Shown: positions 10,701 through 17,847, counted from the stretch's first letter. The stretch: DNA of 20,000 bases from an uncultured virus (IMG/VR IMGVR_UViG_3300025138_000017) (IMGVR_UViG_3300025138_000017); one strand, 5' to 3'. Notes: a model not told the origin generated them from the letters alone. Numbers and translations: made by a program.

Positions 10701-11129
10701 GTTGGGATTTGTTTCAGACAAGTGGTAGGATCCCAAACCGGACGATGTAAGATTCGCAAGTGCTCTTGATATAAGGACAGAGTTTAGAGTATTACTATGC
10801 TCAGATGCATAGCCGCTGTCATTAAGAAACAATGGGTACACCATAGATGTTTCTGCGATCGAATTGAGATTTTGTTTAAGTGTATATGTTTGGGACGTTA
10901 TATTATTAGCAGCTGGATGAGTACCTACGCTTTCTGTTCTATAGGTATCAGTGAAAGAACCCATTGAGGTTCCCTGTCCATTTATGTTTAAAGTACCAAG
11001 GCCAGAAGTGCTTGTTGAGAATTCAGATAGAATTTGATGGACGGCGTAATCCATCTCGGTAGTCTGCATTTCCTGCACACCGAGAAAAGTACCCCCTCCG
11101 GTCGTTTTTATTCTAAGTGGATTTCCCAA
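1725..11129 (-). CDS. Giant (3134 aa) aromatic-tetrapeptide repeat protein, probable virion fibre/filament with mirror-registered arms
   Basis: Uninterrupted 9.4-kb ORF with a TTG start 4 nt after the upstream stop; ~250-aa non-repetitive N-domain, then (Y/F/W)xxx repeats over aa 250-3112, then a short C-terminal strand; located in a tail-fibre cluster. Confidence 0.85.
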   Translation of the reverse strand: MGNPLRIKTTGGGTFLGVQEMQTTEMDYAVHQILSEFSTSTSGLGTLNINGQGTSMGSFTDTYRTESVGTHPAANNITSQTYTLKQNLNSIAETSMVYPLFLNDSGYASEHSNTLNSVLISRALANLTSSGLGSYHLSETNPNNSLYTSTGSTMTDTTLGGTTTYTLWRKTQGVSAPSVVRTAKIQNSAIKEMSDAEIKLLAMRLRNQIYATGIGQYKLSATNPAASGETWVQVGGSFVDNRNTLADIGYNTNYVGQYASQYAKQYVGIYTHHYEKQYEGVFVSQYTKEYIGQYEGNFNKTYTGLYEGSFSGNYTKQYEGTFLTQYEGSFEGTYTGVYVKQYVGQYDKIYLKSYTGLYSKQYEGSFTKQYEGSFDGFFISQYSGAFAGQYMGAYLGQYEGQFEGTFSKIYEGVFEGSFNTTYTGIYTGQYSKQYEGSFGQQWTGAYSKQFEGSFDGQYTGYYTGVKQFEGIFAANYTGQYVEQYAKQYTGSYEGTYAGSRTYTGQYADQYQKIYIGNWTASYTGQYTKQYTGTRTYTGQFTQNFSKGYLGTNYQKQFTKAYEGDREYNGFYTQGYLKAYTGQYTKQYEGDRTFTGQYDSASELFSGYFLEANYVGNYTAGYIKDYVTSYNKDYVGAYQKTFEGAYVGSYIKNYEKDFIGQYIKTYTKDYVGIYEAQYTKTYVGQYDRIWEKAYVGSYEKNYLSNWNKGYAKQYVGQYATQYLKQYAGIYARNYLQQYTGVYGKTWINQYTGLYEQNWGQAYVGLYAGQYGGQYTTNYIKAYTGQYAKNYVAQYTKEYVGQYVAQYTKDYIGQYVKQYSKQYEKAYVGQWVGQYDRIWEGTFVTQYDKQYEGSYSKAYLGDYETNYAKNYVKQYQQQWVGQYTGAFEGQFVTQYQKAYAGAYERAFDGDYNTNYAKDYVTQYEQQWAGQYTKQWEGTFAKQYEKAYVGQYIGQYDRIWEGTFVTQYTKDYEGSYETDYVGVYLRQYQKDYAAQYQQQWTGIYEKRYAGEFQTAYAKNYVAQYLQQWAGQYEGRFTGQYTTNYAKNYVAQYQQQWTGQYVKTYEKAYSKQYEKAYVGQYVGQYDRIWEGTFVTQYDKVYLGQYEKAYVGQYSKQYAKQYVAAYAQQWEGSYAKQWTGVYTKQYQKAYLVQWAAQYEGQYTKIWEGVYSTIFTGVYTKTYTGVYQKAYAKQYAKVWLGQYTGAFEGTFAKNYTKNYVGQYVGQYDRIWEGSFATNYAKNYVKQYQKAYEGSYNTTYTGVYNTNYTKLFQTQWTGVYTGTFLGPYAAQYQKAYVGQYIGQYDRIWEGSFTRNYTKAYVGSYVGQYDRIWEGSFARNYTKAYVGSYIGQYDRIWEGSFATNYTRQYTGNYNKQYSGTYGTNYTKHYTGNYNRAYSGDYNKNYLKTYTAQYQRQYTGNYSSQYSGTYGTNFQKAYTGQYTKSYTGNYTKRYTGNYDRAYSGTYTSQFAGTYGTNYTKHYTGNYDRAYSGAYSGQYSGTYSGQYTGYYATNYTRQYGTNFTRSYTGQYSAQYSGTYGTNFLRQYTGNYTKAYSGNYTKTYTGYYSTNYTRQYTGQYTGNFSRQWTGSYSRVTRTTNYSKQFAGTYSSQFSGTYNSQYSGSYGTNYTRAYSGNYVRVTRSTQYTGNYVGAVQQFTGTANVNYTRQFAGNVTYNRVVSSKFGSQFLNYVKTTNYTRTFVGSVSQQFSSGGTYCRIFIDTGDDDFEEYEGCFSQTTATYSGQYTGYFSTTYTGSYSTNYLRQYTGQYTRGFTGQYTGQFTGNYTKQYTGYFSTAYSGQYTGTYATQYSGTYATNYTRAYAGNYNKQFSGTYNRQFAGQYGTNYLKQYTGQYTKQFSGSYNKNYLKQYDTSYQRAYAGQYTGAYTGQYTGSYTGNYTKGYSGQYATNFLRQYTGQYTKSYTGNYTKTYAGNYDRAYSGTYNTQFSGTYTRNYLKQYTGQYTKAFAGQYATNYTKNYDVNYTKTYTGQYTKTYTGQYATNYLKQYTGQYTKTFTGQYATNYTKNYVGQYTNIYEGAFSGTYNTAYQRAYVGQYTNIYGGSFDGTYSTAYQKAYVGQYTNIYEGVFAGTFVTNYAQQWIGQYSRGFAGQFTGNYNKNFQKAYSGQWTKAYVGVYTTNYSRDYVTNYTKNYVGQYTNIYGGVFAGSYATNYTKNYVGQYASQFTGSFDAQYTTNYTRDYTGNYDRAYTGNYTKAFVGQFTDQYTGLFTTNYTKNWERQYATNYEGQFEGQYVGLFAASYERAYTTQYTKTYEGVFVSQYEGAFTENYAKNYVGQYTNIYGGVFEGTYTTQYAKSYIKNFDKAYEGQFTDNYAKDYIAQYAKQYEGNYDRQFTGQFADNYAKDYVTEYVKTYAGNYDRQYTGQYTDNYTKIYSTNYQKDYTGTYTKAFVGIYQTQYAKNYVGQYTNIYGGVFEGTYTTNYTKNYVGQYTDVYEGQFTDNYAKNYVNQYQKTYTGSYAREFTGGESVNYAQAYLGQYASQFTGAFTDNYSKDYIEQYAKAYTGSYSKAFLGQFSEQYAKAYIGQYTNIYGGVFEGTYTTNYTQQYAKAYEGQFSTQYAKLYEGIFSTNYAKDYVAQYEGDFNTTYAKAYEGQYTTQYEGAFGVQYAKLYEGQFATNYDTTYTGQFGTNYEKTYEGQFATNYEKAYEGVFETSYVKTYTGLFVKAYEGQFNKQYLALYEGSFDTNYTKSYQGSFTTDYLKSFVGQYGKTYLTLYEGIYVGVFNTQFVGQYARAYTKNYQKEYGQTYEGSFARNWEGQFAKQYEGDRTYTGQYGTQYTGVFNKTYTKAYSGSRTYTGQYSANYQKVFVVEYVKQYAGQFEGDRSYEGQYAHQWEGVFNTTYVSANYQKAYAKQWTGDRTFSGQYDGQYTGQFTRQYEKTYEGVYIGYWTGIYEGAHAYQGIYQGTYIGQYTGTFEGQFGASYVGQYTKTYEGEFTGSYVKSYLGQYTGQYTKQYAKQFSKQFEGSFNKQYEGIYVGQFEKAWVGSFLGQYSGEYLGQYTKQYEGEFQRSYVGTWLKIYSKDYEGTFTGQFTQQFEKAYVGLYEKSYSGQFDQQFTGNYVKTYTQLFEGSFTTQYEKAYIGQYTKQYEKAYEGSFTTNFVAQYEGTYTHAYAGQTVQAGTETITTLKLWVRTA
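1794..10382 (-). repeat. Degenerate 12-nt / 4-aa coding repeat array (e.g. YTGQ, YEGQ, YTKN, YVGQ)
   Basis: Aromatic residue at nearly every fourth position for ~2,860 aa; higher-order 24-aa (72-nt) and 120-aa (360-nt) duplications, e.g. an identical 47-nt stretch at 8235-8281 and 8595-8641. Confidence 0.95.
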
Positions 11130-11133
11130 TTTA

Positions 11134-14100
11134 CTAAGCCTTTAATTTAAACGCGCTATCCCCAAATACGCTACCAGTATTTATAAAACTTACTCGACTA
11201 GCATCATAACCTATTATAGCTGATCCTGGCTCGCCTCCGTTTCCTGACTGTGCGTATTGAGAATAGTGGGTTCCTGGGTTAGCAACATTCTGTGATGCAT
11301 CTGAGTCATCATTATACCCGCCTGCACCTGTTCCTAGTTGACCTAGTAATCCACCATTTCCTCCATGTATGCCTAATGCTGTGGATGCATTAGTGCCATT
11401 TCTATCTGAACTGCTTTCTGAAATGAAAGCTCCTGAATTCCATCCAGCACCAGTTCCACCGATGCCTCCAGAGCTACTTACTCCGTTTACGGGATAGCCA
11501 CCGCCACCTCCGCCACCACCGCCACCGGCGATGATACCATAATTTTCTATATAAACTTCTATACCGTTACCCATCTTAATAGCGTCACCACCATTAGCAC
11601 CATTCTGTCCAGTTGTAGCACCTAGACCAGCTACACCAGATTTACCAATAATATTTCCATCTGGTTTAACTAATATTTTAACTTTATGGTTAATATTTTG
11701 AATAGCTCCAAATCCTGATAAGTCAAGTGCTGGTGTAGTTTGATGATCTGAATATACATATACATCATCTGCTATTGTAATGTTAACATGTTGAGGTCTT
11801 GTTGCTTTTGATTTACCTAAGCTACTTAAATGAGCTGATAGGTTAAATTGTGATGTATTACTAGAAAGAGTTATATCTGTTCTTTCATAATTGACGCCTG
11901 TTATCTTCCATTGGCCGTCTTCTTTCTTTCTTACAATTGATACATCTCTCCATGCATCATTTTCTTTTATTTTTATATCTTTAGCTTGTTTCCATATGCT
12001 AGCATCTTTCACTCTAATTAAGCCACCATCATCTGTTAGCTCACCACTCTTAGTGTTAGCTACTGCAGTAGTTGTCACATATGAAGTATGGAATGTTTGA
12101 GGTCCTGCAAAGTTTGTTGCAAATCTCAAGGTGTCTCCTATACTGGCATAAGCCCCTTGATATACTCCACCATATGCTTTTACATAAGCACCTACGTATG
12201 TTTTATTAAATGCACCTTCATATAATTTAGAATACACTTTACCAAACTGAGCACCAAATTGTCCTTCGTATTCTTTAGTATATTGTTTGACGTATACTTT
12301 ATTATACACTCCTACAAATGCACCTTCATACTGACCTGTGAATAGAGCTCCATATTGTTTAATATATTGGCCTATAAATGTTCCTGTGTATTGACCAAGG
12401 TACACGCCTTCGTATGCTTTGATATAATTCTTTTCAAAGTTGTGTGTAACTAGTCCAGTAAAGTTTCCATTTGCTGATGCGTTGTATAAAGCTGGTCCTT
12501 GGAATTGTCTTGAATATACACCTGTCCAATGTTGAGTATATGTTTTAACATAGTCTTTATTATATTGACCAATGTACTGTCCTGTGTATGCTTTTTCATA
12601 TTGCTTTACAAAAGAACCTTCAAACAATCTTGAGTATTGTCCTACCCATATTTTATTGTAAACCTTTTCATATGCTTTAGAATATTGCTTTGTATATATT
12701 CCTGTATAGTAACCAATATAATATCCTATTGTTGTCCATGTCTTTTCATACTGTTTTAGATATCCTTTTTGATAAGACCTTGACCATCCGCTGGCGCCTC
12801 CAGCTCCATAATAAAGGGTTTTACTATGCATATAGCTTGAGGTAAATTGACCCCCGTAATGAGCTATAAAATTCACACCAGAATTGACTCCTAGATAACC
12901 AGTTCTTGCATCTGACCATGCAGATAGGTAGAACATGAGGTCAACCAAGGTTGAACCTTTGATGTATGCTTGCGGGCCCGAATCCGAATATGATTTTGCA
13001 TACGTTGCCAGGTTGCCAGTTGCTCCAAGATAAGAATTTAACTCCAAATCTTCAAAGTTTCTTTGATAATAAACACCACCTGTTCCTTGATATCCCGTTG
13101 CATCTGCACCAGCCTCTGGGTCCGCATCGGCAGTATTGCCACCAATATATGCTCTTGTCTGTGCACCAGTATATTGAGTTATGAATTCGCCACCCAGCAG
13201 GCCTGCTTTGGAATAAACGGTTCCACCAGACGCATAATACAGTGTACCAAATTCTCTATTGTTACCTTGTTCCCAAGACACACCTTGTGCGTTTAGATAA
13301 CTTCCTGTGCTCCCGGATGCATAGTTAGTACCACCACTATCTGAATAGTTAAGTACTTGAGATGGTGTGTCAGATGCGTTTACAAATAAACGAGAATAGC
13401 CTATATCGCCACTCCATGATTTAGAGTATTGAGCTGTAAAACCTAGGGAAACTGTACCCTCAAACCCTTCACCATCTTCTTCAGAATAAGTATTAACTAC
13501 TCTTACGTATGCGGTACCTTGATAATAGATCCCTTCGTACTGACTAGTTGCACCCCAAAATTTGCTGAAGTGGCGGAGAAATTGCGACTCATAATTTCCT
13601 ATATAAGTTTTGGCCCAAGTTTTGTAATACGATTTGTGATATTGCTTTAAGTACTCTTTTCCATAATGAGCAATATAATTTAAGTTTTCTGATCTATATG
13701 AATTAAATACTCCTTCATAATCCTTACTGTAATGTTTTGTCCACTGCGTAGTATAAGCTGCACCAAAACTTCCTTCAAAGGTTCCTTCGTATTGTCCTAG
13801 ATATGCTTTCTCGTATTGAGTGGTGAATACGCCCTCGTACACACCTTCGTATGTTTTAGTGTATGTTTTACTATAAGAAAGTCCGGATGCAAATGTTCCT
13901 TCAAATGCACCCTCGTACATTACTAGATAAGGACCACCTAAAAATTGTTTAGCAAATTGACGAGAGTAGCTAGCTATATAACTTTTATTATAATAACCAG
14001 TAAACGCTCCTTCAAACTGTCTGTTGAAAGCTCCCTCATAAGTCTTGCTAAAGCTATTACCAAACTGTCCTTCAAATTGACTAGTAAATGAACCTTCGTA

Positions 14101-14349
14101 AGCCTTGCTGTATTCTTTGCTGTATTGTTTTGAGTATACGCCTAACCACACACCATCGTATTGTTTGCCCCATTGTTTTTCGTATTGGCCTAGATATGTT
14201 TTTGTGTAGTCGCCTAGATAAGTTTTTAGATATGACGCAAGAAAATGCTCTATGCCTCTAATTTGATTAGCATAGTTAGTCCCAACATAGGATGCTGCGA
14301 ACTGTCTATCGTCACCTGCGAAAGACTTTGCGTAATTAATATCTGCCAC
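11134..14349 (-). CDS. 1071-aa tetrapeptide-repeat protein with C-terminal gp38-like glycine-rich adhesin domain
   Basis: GTG start with GGGGAG SD (14355-14360); Yxxx repeats at aa ~40-290 and ~525-734; Trp-spaced linker (IWKQ..AWRD..GQWK); C-terminal GGDAIKMG...IENYGIIAGGGGGGGGG and further Gly-rich motifs typical of T2/T6/S16 gp38 polyglycine adhesins. Confidence 0.75.
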   Translation of the reverse strand: MADINYAKSFAGDDRQFAASYVGTNYANQIRGIEHFLASYLKTYLGDYTKTYLGQYEKQWGKQYDGVWLGVYSKQYSKEYSKAYEGSFTSQFEGQFGNSFSKTYEGAFNRQFEGAFTGYYNKSYIASYSRQFAKQFLGGPYLVMYEGAFEGTFASGLSYSKTYTKTYEGVYEGVFTTQYEKAYLGQYEGTFEGSFGAAYTTQWTKHYSKDYEGVFNSYRSENLNYIAHYGKEYLKQYHKSYYKTWAKTYIGNYESQFLRHFSKFWGATSQYEGIYYQGTAYVRVVNTYSEEDGEGFEGTVSLGFTAQYSKSWSGDIGYSRLFVNASDTPSQVLNYSDSGGTNYASGSTGSYLNAQGVSWEQGNNREFGTLYYASGGTVYSKAGLLGGEFITQYTGAQTRAYIGGNTADADPEAGADATGYQGTGGVYYQRNFEDLELNSYLGATGNLATYAKSYSDSGPQAYIKGSTLVDLMFYLSAWSDARTGYLGVNSGVNFIAHYGGQFTSSYMHSKTLYYGAGGASGWSRSYQKGYLKQYEKTWTTIGYYIGYYTGIYTKQYSKAYEKVYNKIWVGQYSRLFEGSFVKQYEKAYTGQYIGQYNKDYVKTYTQHWTGVYSRQFQGPALYNASANGNFTGLVTHNFEKNYIKAYEGVYLGQYTGTFIGQYIKQYGALFTGQYEGAFVGVYNKVYVKQYTKEYEGQFGAQFGKVYSKLYEGAFNKTYVGAYVKAYGGVYQGAYASIGDTLRFATNFAGPQTFHTSYVTTTAVANTKSGELTDDGGLIRVKDASIWKQAKDIKIKENDAWRDVSIVRKKEDGQWKITGVNYERTDITLSSNTSQFNLSAHLSSLGKSKATRPQHVNITIADDVYVYSDHQTTPALDLSGFGAIQNINHKVKILVKPDGNIIGKSGVAGLGATTGQNGANGGDAIKMGNGIEVYIENYGIIAGGGGGGGGGGYPVNGVSSSGGIGGTGAGWNSGAFISESSSDRNGTNASTALGIHGGNGGLLGQLGTGAGGYNDDSDASQNVANPGTHYSQYAQSGNGGEPGSAIIGYDASRVSFINTGSVFGDSAFKLKA
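11178..11185 (-). promoter_or_regulatory. Possible T4-type late promoter (TATAAATA) for the giant gene
   Basis: Exact consensus inside the 3' end of the upstream gene, ~50 nt before the giant ORF start; chance matches are plausible in AT-rich DNA. Confidence 0.45.
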
Positions 14350-14360
14350 TCAGGCTCCCC

Positions 14361-14699
14361 TTATGTTAGAGTCTGATACCAGATGTCGCCGTTAGTGCCT
14401 ATAGAGTTACTACTTGGTGCTGAACTAGATATGTATATCTTTTGATTAGGTGTATGTGCAAATGATCCACTTGCTACACCTGCTGCATTAGTATTTGCAA
14501 ATGTTACACCAGTGACGTTTACAGACGTATTAGATGCTGCTGTTATTCTACCTTTAGCATTTACTGTGAACGTAACTAATTGAGTATTATTCGAAGTGTG
14601 CGTTGCTGCACTTACACCAGTATCTGATAAAGCTGTATCAACAACCTTAGCTGATGAATTAACTACCTCGGTACTGCCGTGTAAAATTTGATCAGACAT
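14361..14699 (-). CDS. Small tail-fibre-motif protein (112 aa), possible adaptor
   Basis: Contains LSDTGVSAA...FTVNAKGRITAASN and ISSSAPS...GTNGDIWYQ, both common phage tail-fibre motifs; start overlaps the upstream stop by 8 nt. Confidence 0.7.
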   Translation of the reverse strand: MSDQILHGSTEVVNSSAKVVDTALSDTGVSAATHTSNNTQLVTFTVNAKGRITAASNTSVNVTGVTFANTNAAGVASGSFAHTPNQKIYISSSAPSSNSIGTNGDIWYQTLT

Positions 14700-17600
14700 C
14701 TTCTTCCTCGTTTTCCTCTACATTAGGTTCTAGTTCTTTTACTCTTTCGGTCAACTCTTTGACGGCTTCTATCAGTAATGGTATCAGCGCATTATAGTTA
14801 ACTGTTTTAAACCCACGACTATTTATATCTACAGCGTGAGGCAACACGTTCTCCAATTCTTGAGCTATAACCCCATAGTCTGGTGTTCCAACTCTCATGT
14901 CTCCGATGTTGTTATTCCATACAAATTCATAACCACCAAGAGCATTTACTTTATCTAATGCAGTGTCTATCTTTAATATGTTATCTTTTAATTGTTGGTC
15001 TGATGAATAACTAGCTACTAGATCATCAGTAGCGTATATGTTATTTGCCAATACAGCTGTAGTATTAGCTAACGTATCTCCAACTACTATGCTAGTATCA
15101 AAGTATCCATTTTTGAATGATTTAGCTGCTGAGCCAATATCCCATTGATTGGTATTTGATGCAAACACATGACCATTAACTGAAGCATTTGCAAATACTA
15201 ATTGAACAGTATTTGCTCCATTACCAATTTGTACTATATTATTACCTGCGCCAGTTGTAGATGCTCCTGTTAACTTAAGAGAATTTGTAACTGTTACATT
15301 TGCAGATCCTAATTCAGTAGCTGTTAATGTTGTGTCTGATGGGAATTGAGCTGATACTCCAACCTGTAAGTGATCAACAACTAAGTTGTTAGATGTTAAT
15401 GCTGTTGCGTTAGCACTTATACCAGTATTAGAGAATATAACATTACTTGTATTTGCTAATGTAATATCATCACCAACTGATAGATCACCAACAATAGCAC
15501 CGGACGCTGCATTTACTTCTCCAGTAATGTCTACGTCTCCACCTGCTGTTATAACTCCTGATGTGTTTATTGTTGCACCAATTAGATCCCATCTAGCACT
15601 TGCAGCACCTAAGGTTAATCCATTAGCATTCGGTAAGACATTAGAAGCAACATCTGCTGTAAATGTTACTTTGTCTGTTGCAGCACTACCTATGATTGTA
15701 TTACCTGAAACTGTTAAGTCATTTCTTATTACTGCATTGTAAACATTTGCTTCTTTGTTATCAGCTATATCTAAATCATTTGATAATGTAGTAACTCCAA
15801 CAATGTTTGCTGATCCTGATAATGTTGTAGCACCTGTTACACCAAGTGTGTTTGCAAGAGATGCTGCTTTTAATACTGTTAAGGTTCCATCTGTGTGAAC
15901 AGCTGTAGAAGTTAATGATGTGTTTACTGTACTATTACCTACTGATAATTTAGATGCAGATAAGTTTACGTTTGCGCCTACATTATAGGCTACTGTTGTA
16001 TTAGATGTTCCTGTAACTGCTATACCATCACCAAAGGTTGCGTGGCCTGTATGTGTTGATAGTGTTGTGACTTTTAATACATTTGTATTTGTTGTTGCAG
16101 CTGCTTCTATATTAGCACTTGCTGTTATAACGCCTGTAGATGTAAGTGTACCAGATGTGTTTGCATTTGTAAATGACGCATTGTGCCATCTGTGATTTGT
16201 GTCACCAAGTACAACATTATTACCGTGTAGAGGTATAAGACCTTGTGTACTATTTCCAACTAATCCTTTTACTATAAGTCTATCAAAACCGTGTGTTGCG
16301 TTTGCTGCACCTGCATTACCTAAAGTTATTGTTCTGGTATTACCTGCTAATGATGTTACTAATGTATTGACTGTTGAGTTAGCAACAGTGAATTGAGCAT
16401 TAACAGATACATTGCCACCAACTGTAGCATTTCTAGTTATTGTTAAATCATTGTTGGATGTTATATCTTCACCGACTAAATCATCAGCTACTACATCCCA
16501 TCTTGCTGCTACGCTACCTAAACTTTTACTTCCATTAGCACTCGGTATTATGTTTGTATCGACTACACCAACAACTGATATTGTATCGCTTGCTGCTGAG
16601 CCTAAATCTGTATTGCCTTGAACTACAAGGTCTGTGTCTATGTTTACTGATGCATCAAAGTCTGCATCTTTAGTAACTTTTATTTTATCTGAGAATACTG
16701 CGTTAGCTGTAACTGTTAATAGATCACTATTAGCATTACCAATAGTAGCATTAGCTGTAGTTGTTAGGATCCCATCAATGTTTGTTGCTGAATTAATATC
16801 TAAATTCGTACCATGAATATTCATATTGGTAGAATCTATTAATGTGTTTGTTCCTGATACATTAAAGTCTGTTGACGTGATATCGGTTAATGCATTGTCA
16901 ACATCTAAGTTTGCATTTGCATCTATCTTAGTATTGAATATGTTAGTTGTAGCATTAGAAGTAAATGTTACTGCTGTTGCATCCATCTCTACTGCTGTGC
17001 TATTAGCTTTTAATACACCAGCATTGATATCTATTACTGCTGCATCTATGTTTACATTTGAACTTACATTAAACTCACCACCGTTAATTGCTGTGTTAGT
17101 AGATGAGAAATTGGTTAATGTATTATTAAAGTCTGCATCAGCATTAATGTCTAGTGGTGTATTGAATACATTGAGTCCAGCATTTGATGTAAATATATTT
17201 GCAGTAGGATCTATATTAATCTTATGTGTTGTTGAATTACTCTGTGTTACATTAAGTGCACCAGCCAGTACATCAAAGCTAGCTGCATCAAAGTTTACAT
17301 TAGATGTAATATTTAATTCACCATTTTCAACAACTGTATTACTAGATGTTATTTGTGTTAATGTATTGTCAATATCTAAGGTTGCATTTAGATCTATCTT
17401 AGTATTGAATATATTTGTTACTGCATTGGATTCAAATACTTTTGCAGTAGAATTAATTGTTAGATTGTTTGAAGTAGAGTTTGTTGTTAGTTGTACGCCA
17501 GGTGCAAAGTGTGCATTTGATTGTGCATGTATTATTGCATTAGCTGTACTGTTAGCTATGAATACTACATTTGAACTAATAATTAAATTAGCTGCTGCAG

Positions 17601-17847
17601 CCTTTGTTCCATATACTGTACTATTAGCTGTTACACCAGATAACTTTTGTTCTACTAATAAACTATTAGCACTAAAGAAACCATTAACATAAGAGTTACC
17701 AGTCGTGCAAGCACCTTGAGTATTTGCAACTGTTGATACGACAAACTTTTCCATATCGTAAGTAATTCTATTAGTGAGGTCAACCCACTCTCTAAATGTA
17801 TCTGACGAAGGCGTAATGTTAGCGTTTAAATAATTATTACTAGCCAT
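14692..17847 (-). CDS. Tail fibre protein with C-terminal intramolecular chaperone (peptidase S74)
   Basis: N-terminal DTFREWVDLTN motif; N/T/S/A-rich beta repeats; repeated GN..G.A..D and P......LG....RW motifs; C-terminal SDQQLKDNI...ALDKVNAL.GYEFVW...GVIAQELENVLP.AV...VNYNALIPLLIEAVKEL plus coiled coil. Confidence 0.88.
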   Translation of the reverse strand: MASNNYLNANITPSSDTFREWVDLTNRITYDMEKFVVSTVANTQGACTTGNSYVNGFFSANSLLVEQKLSGVTANSTVYGTKAAAANLIISSNVVFIANSTANAIIHAQSNAHFAPGVQLTTNSTSNNLTINSTAKVFESNAVTNIFNTKIDLNATLDIDNTLTQITSSNTVVENGELNITSNVNFDAASFDVLAGALNVTQSNSTTHKINIDPTANIFTSNAGLNVFNTPLDINADADFNNTLTNFSSTNTAINGGEFNVSSNVNIDAAVIDINAGVLKANSTAVEMDATAVTFTSNATTNIFNTKIDANANLDVDNALTDITSTDFNVSGTNTLIDSTNMNIHGTNLDINSATNIDGILTTTANATIGNANSDLLTVTANAVFSDKIKVTKDADFDASVNIDTDLVVQGNTDLGSAASDTISVVGVVDTNIIPSANGSKSLGSVAARWDVVADDLVGEDITSNNDLTITRNATVGGNVSVNAQFTVANSTVNTLVTSLAGNTRTITLGNAGAANATHGFDRLIVKGLVGNSTQGLIPLHGNNVVLGDTNHRWHNASFTNANTSGTLTSTGVITASANIEAAATTNTNVLKVTTLSTHTGHATFGDGIAVTGTSNTTVAYNVGANVNLSASKLSVGNSTVNTSLTSTAVHTDGTLTVLKAASLANTLGVTGATTLSGSANIVGVTTLSNDLDIADNKEANVYNAVIRNDLTVSGNTIIGSAATDKVTFTADVASNVLPNANGLTLGAASARWDLIGATINTSGVITAGGDVDITGEVNAASGAIVGDLSVGDDITLANTSNVIFSNTGISANATALTSNNLVVDHLQVGVSAQFPSDTTLTATELGSANVTVTNSLKLTGASTTGAGNNIVQIGNGANTVQLVFANASVNGHVFASNTNQWDIGSAAKSFKNGYFDTSIVVGDTLANTTAVLANNIYATDDLVASYSSDQQLKDNILKIDTALDKVNALGGYEFVWNNNIGDMRVGTPDYGVIAQELENVLPHAVDINSRGFKTVNYNALIPLLIEAVKELTERVKELEPNVEENEEEDV
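14820..14827 (-). promoter_or_regulatory. Possible internal late promoter (TATAAATA)
   Basis: Exact consensus ~120 nt upstream of the 112-aa gene, within coding sequence; may be chance. Confidence 0.3.
16860..17450 (-). repeat. Three ~75-80 aa internal repeats in the tail fibre
   Basis: FESNAVTNIFNTKIDLNATLDIDN / FTSNAGLNVFNTPLDINADADFNN / FTSNATTNIFNTKIDANANLDVDN; atctatcttagtattgaatat occurs at both ~16921 and ~17392. Confidence 0.85.

Noticed and set aside
1725..11129. Tape-measure protein, pentapeptide-repeat protein or ice-nucleation protein
   Set aside because: Period is 4 with Gly/Thr-rich beta-type composition; it lacks helical 11-mer Trp/Phe spacing, A(D/N)Lxx pentads and the AGYGSTxT 16-mer. 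Ice or surface binding cannot be excluded but has no direct support.
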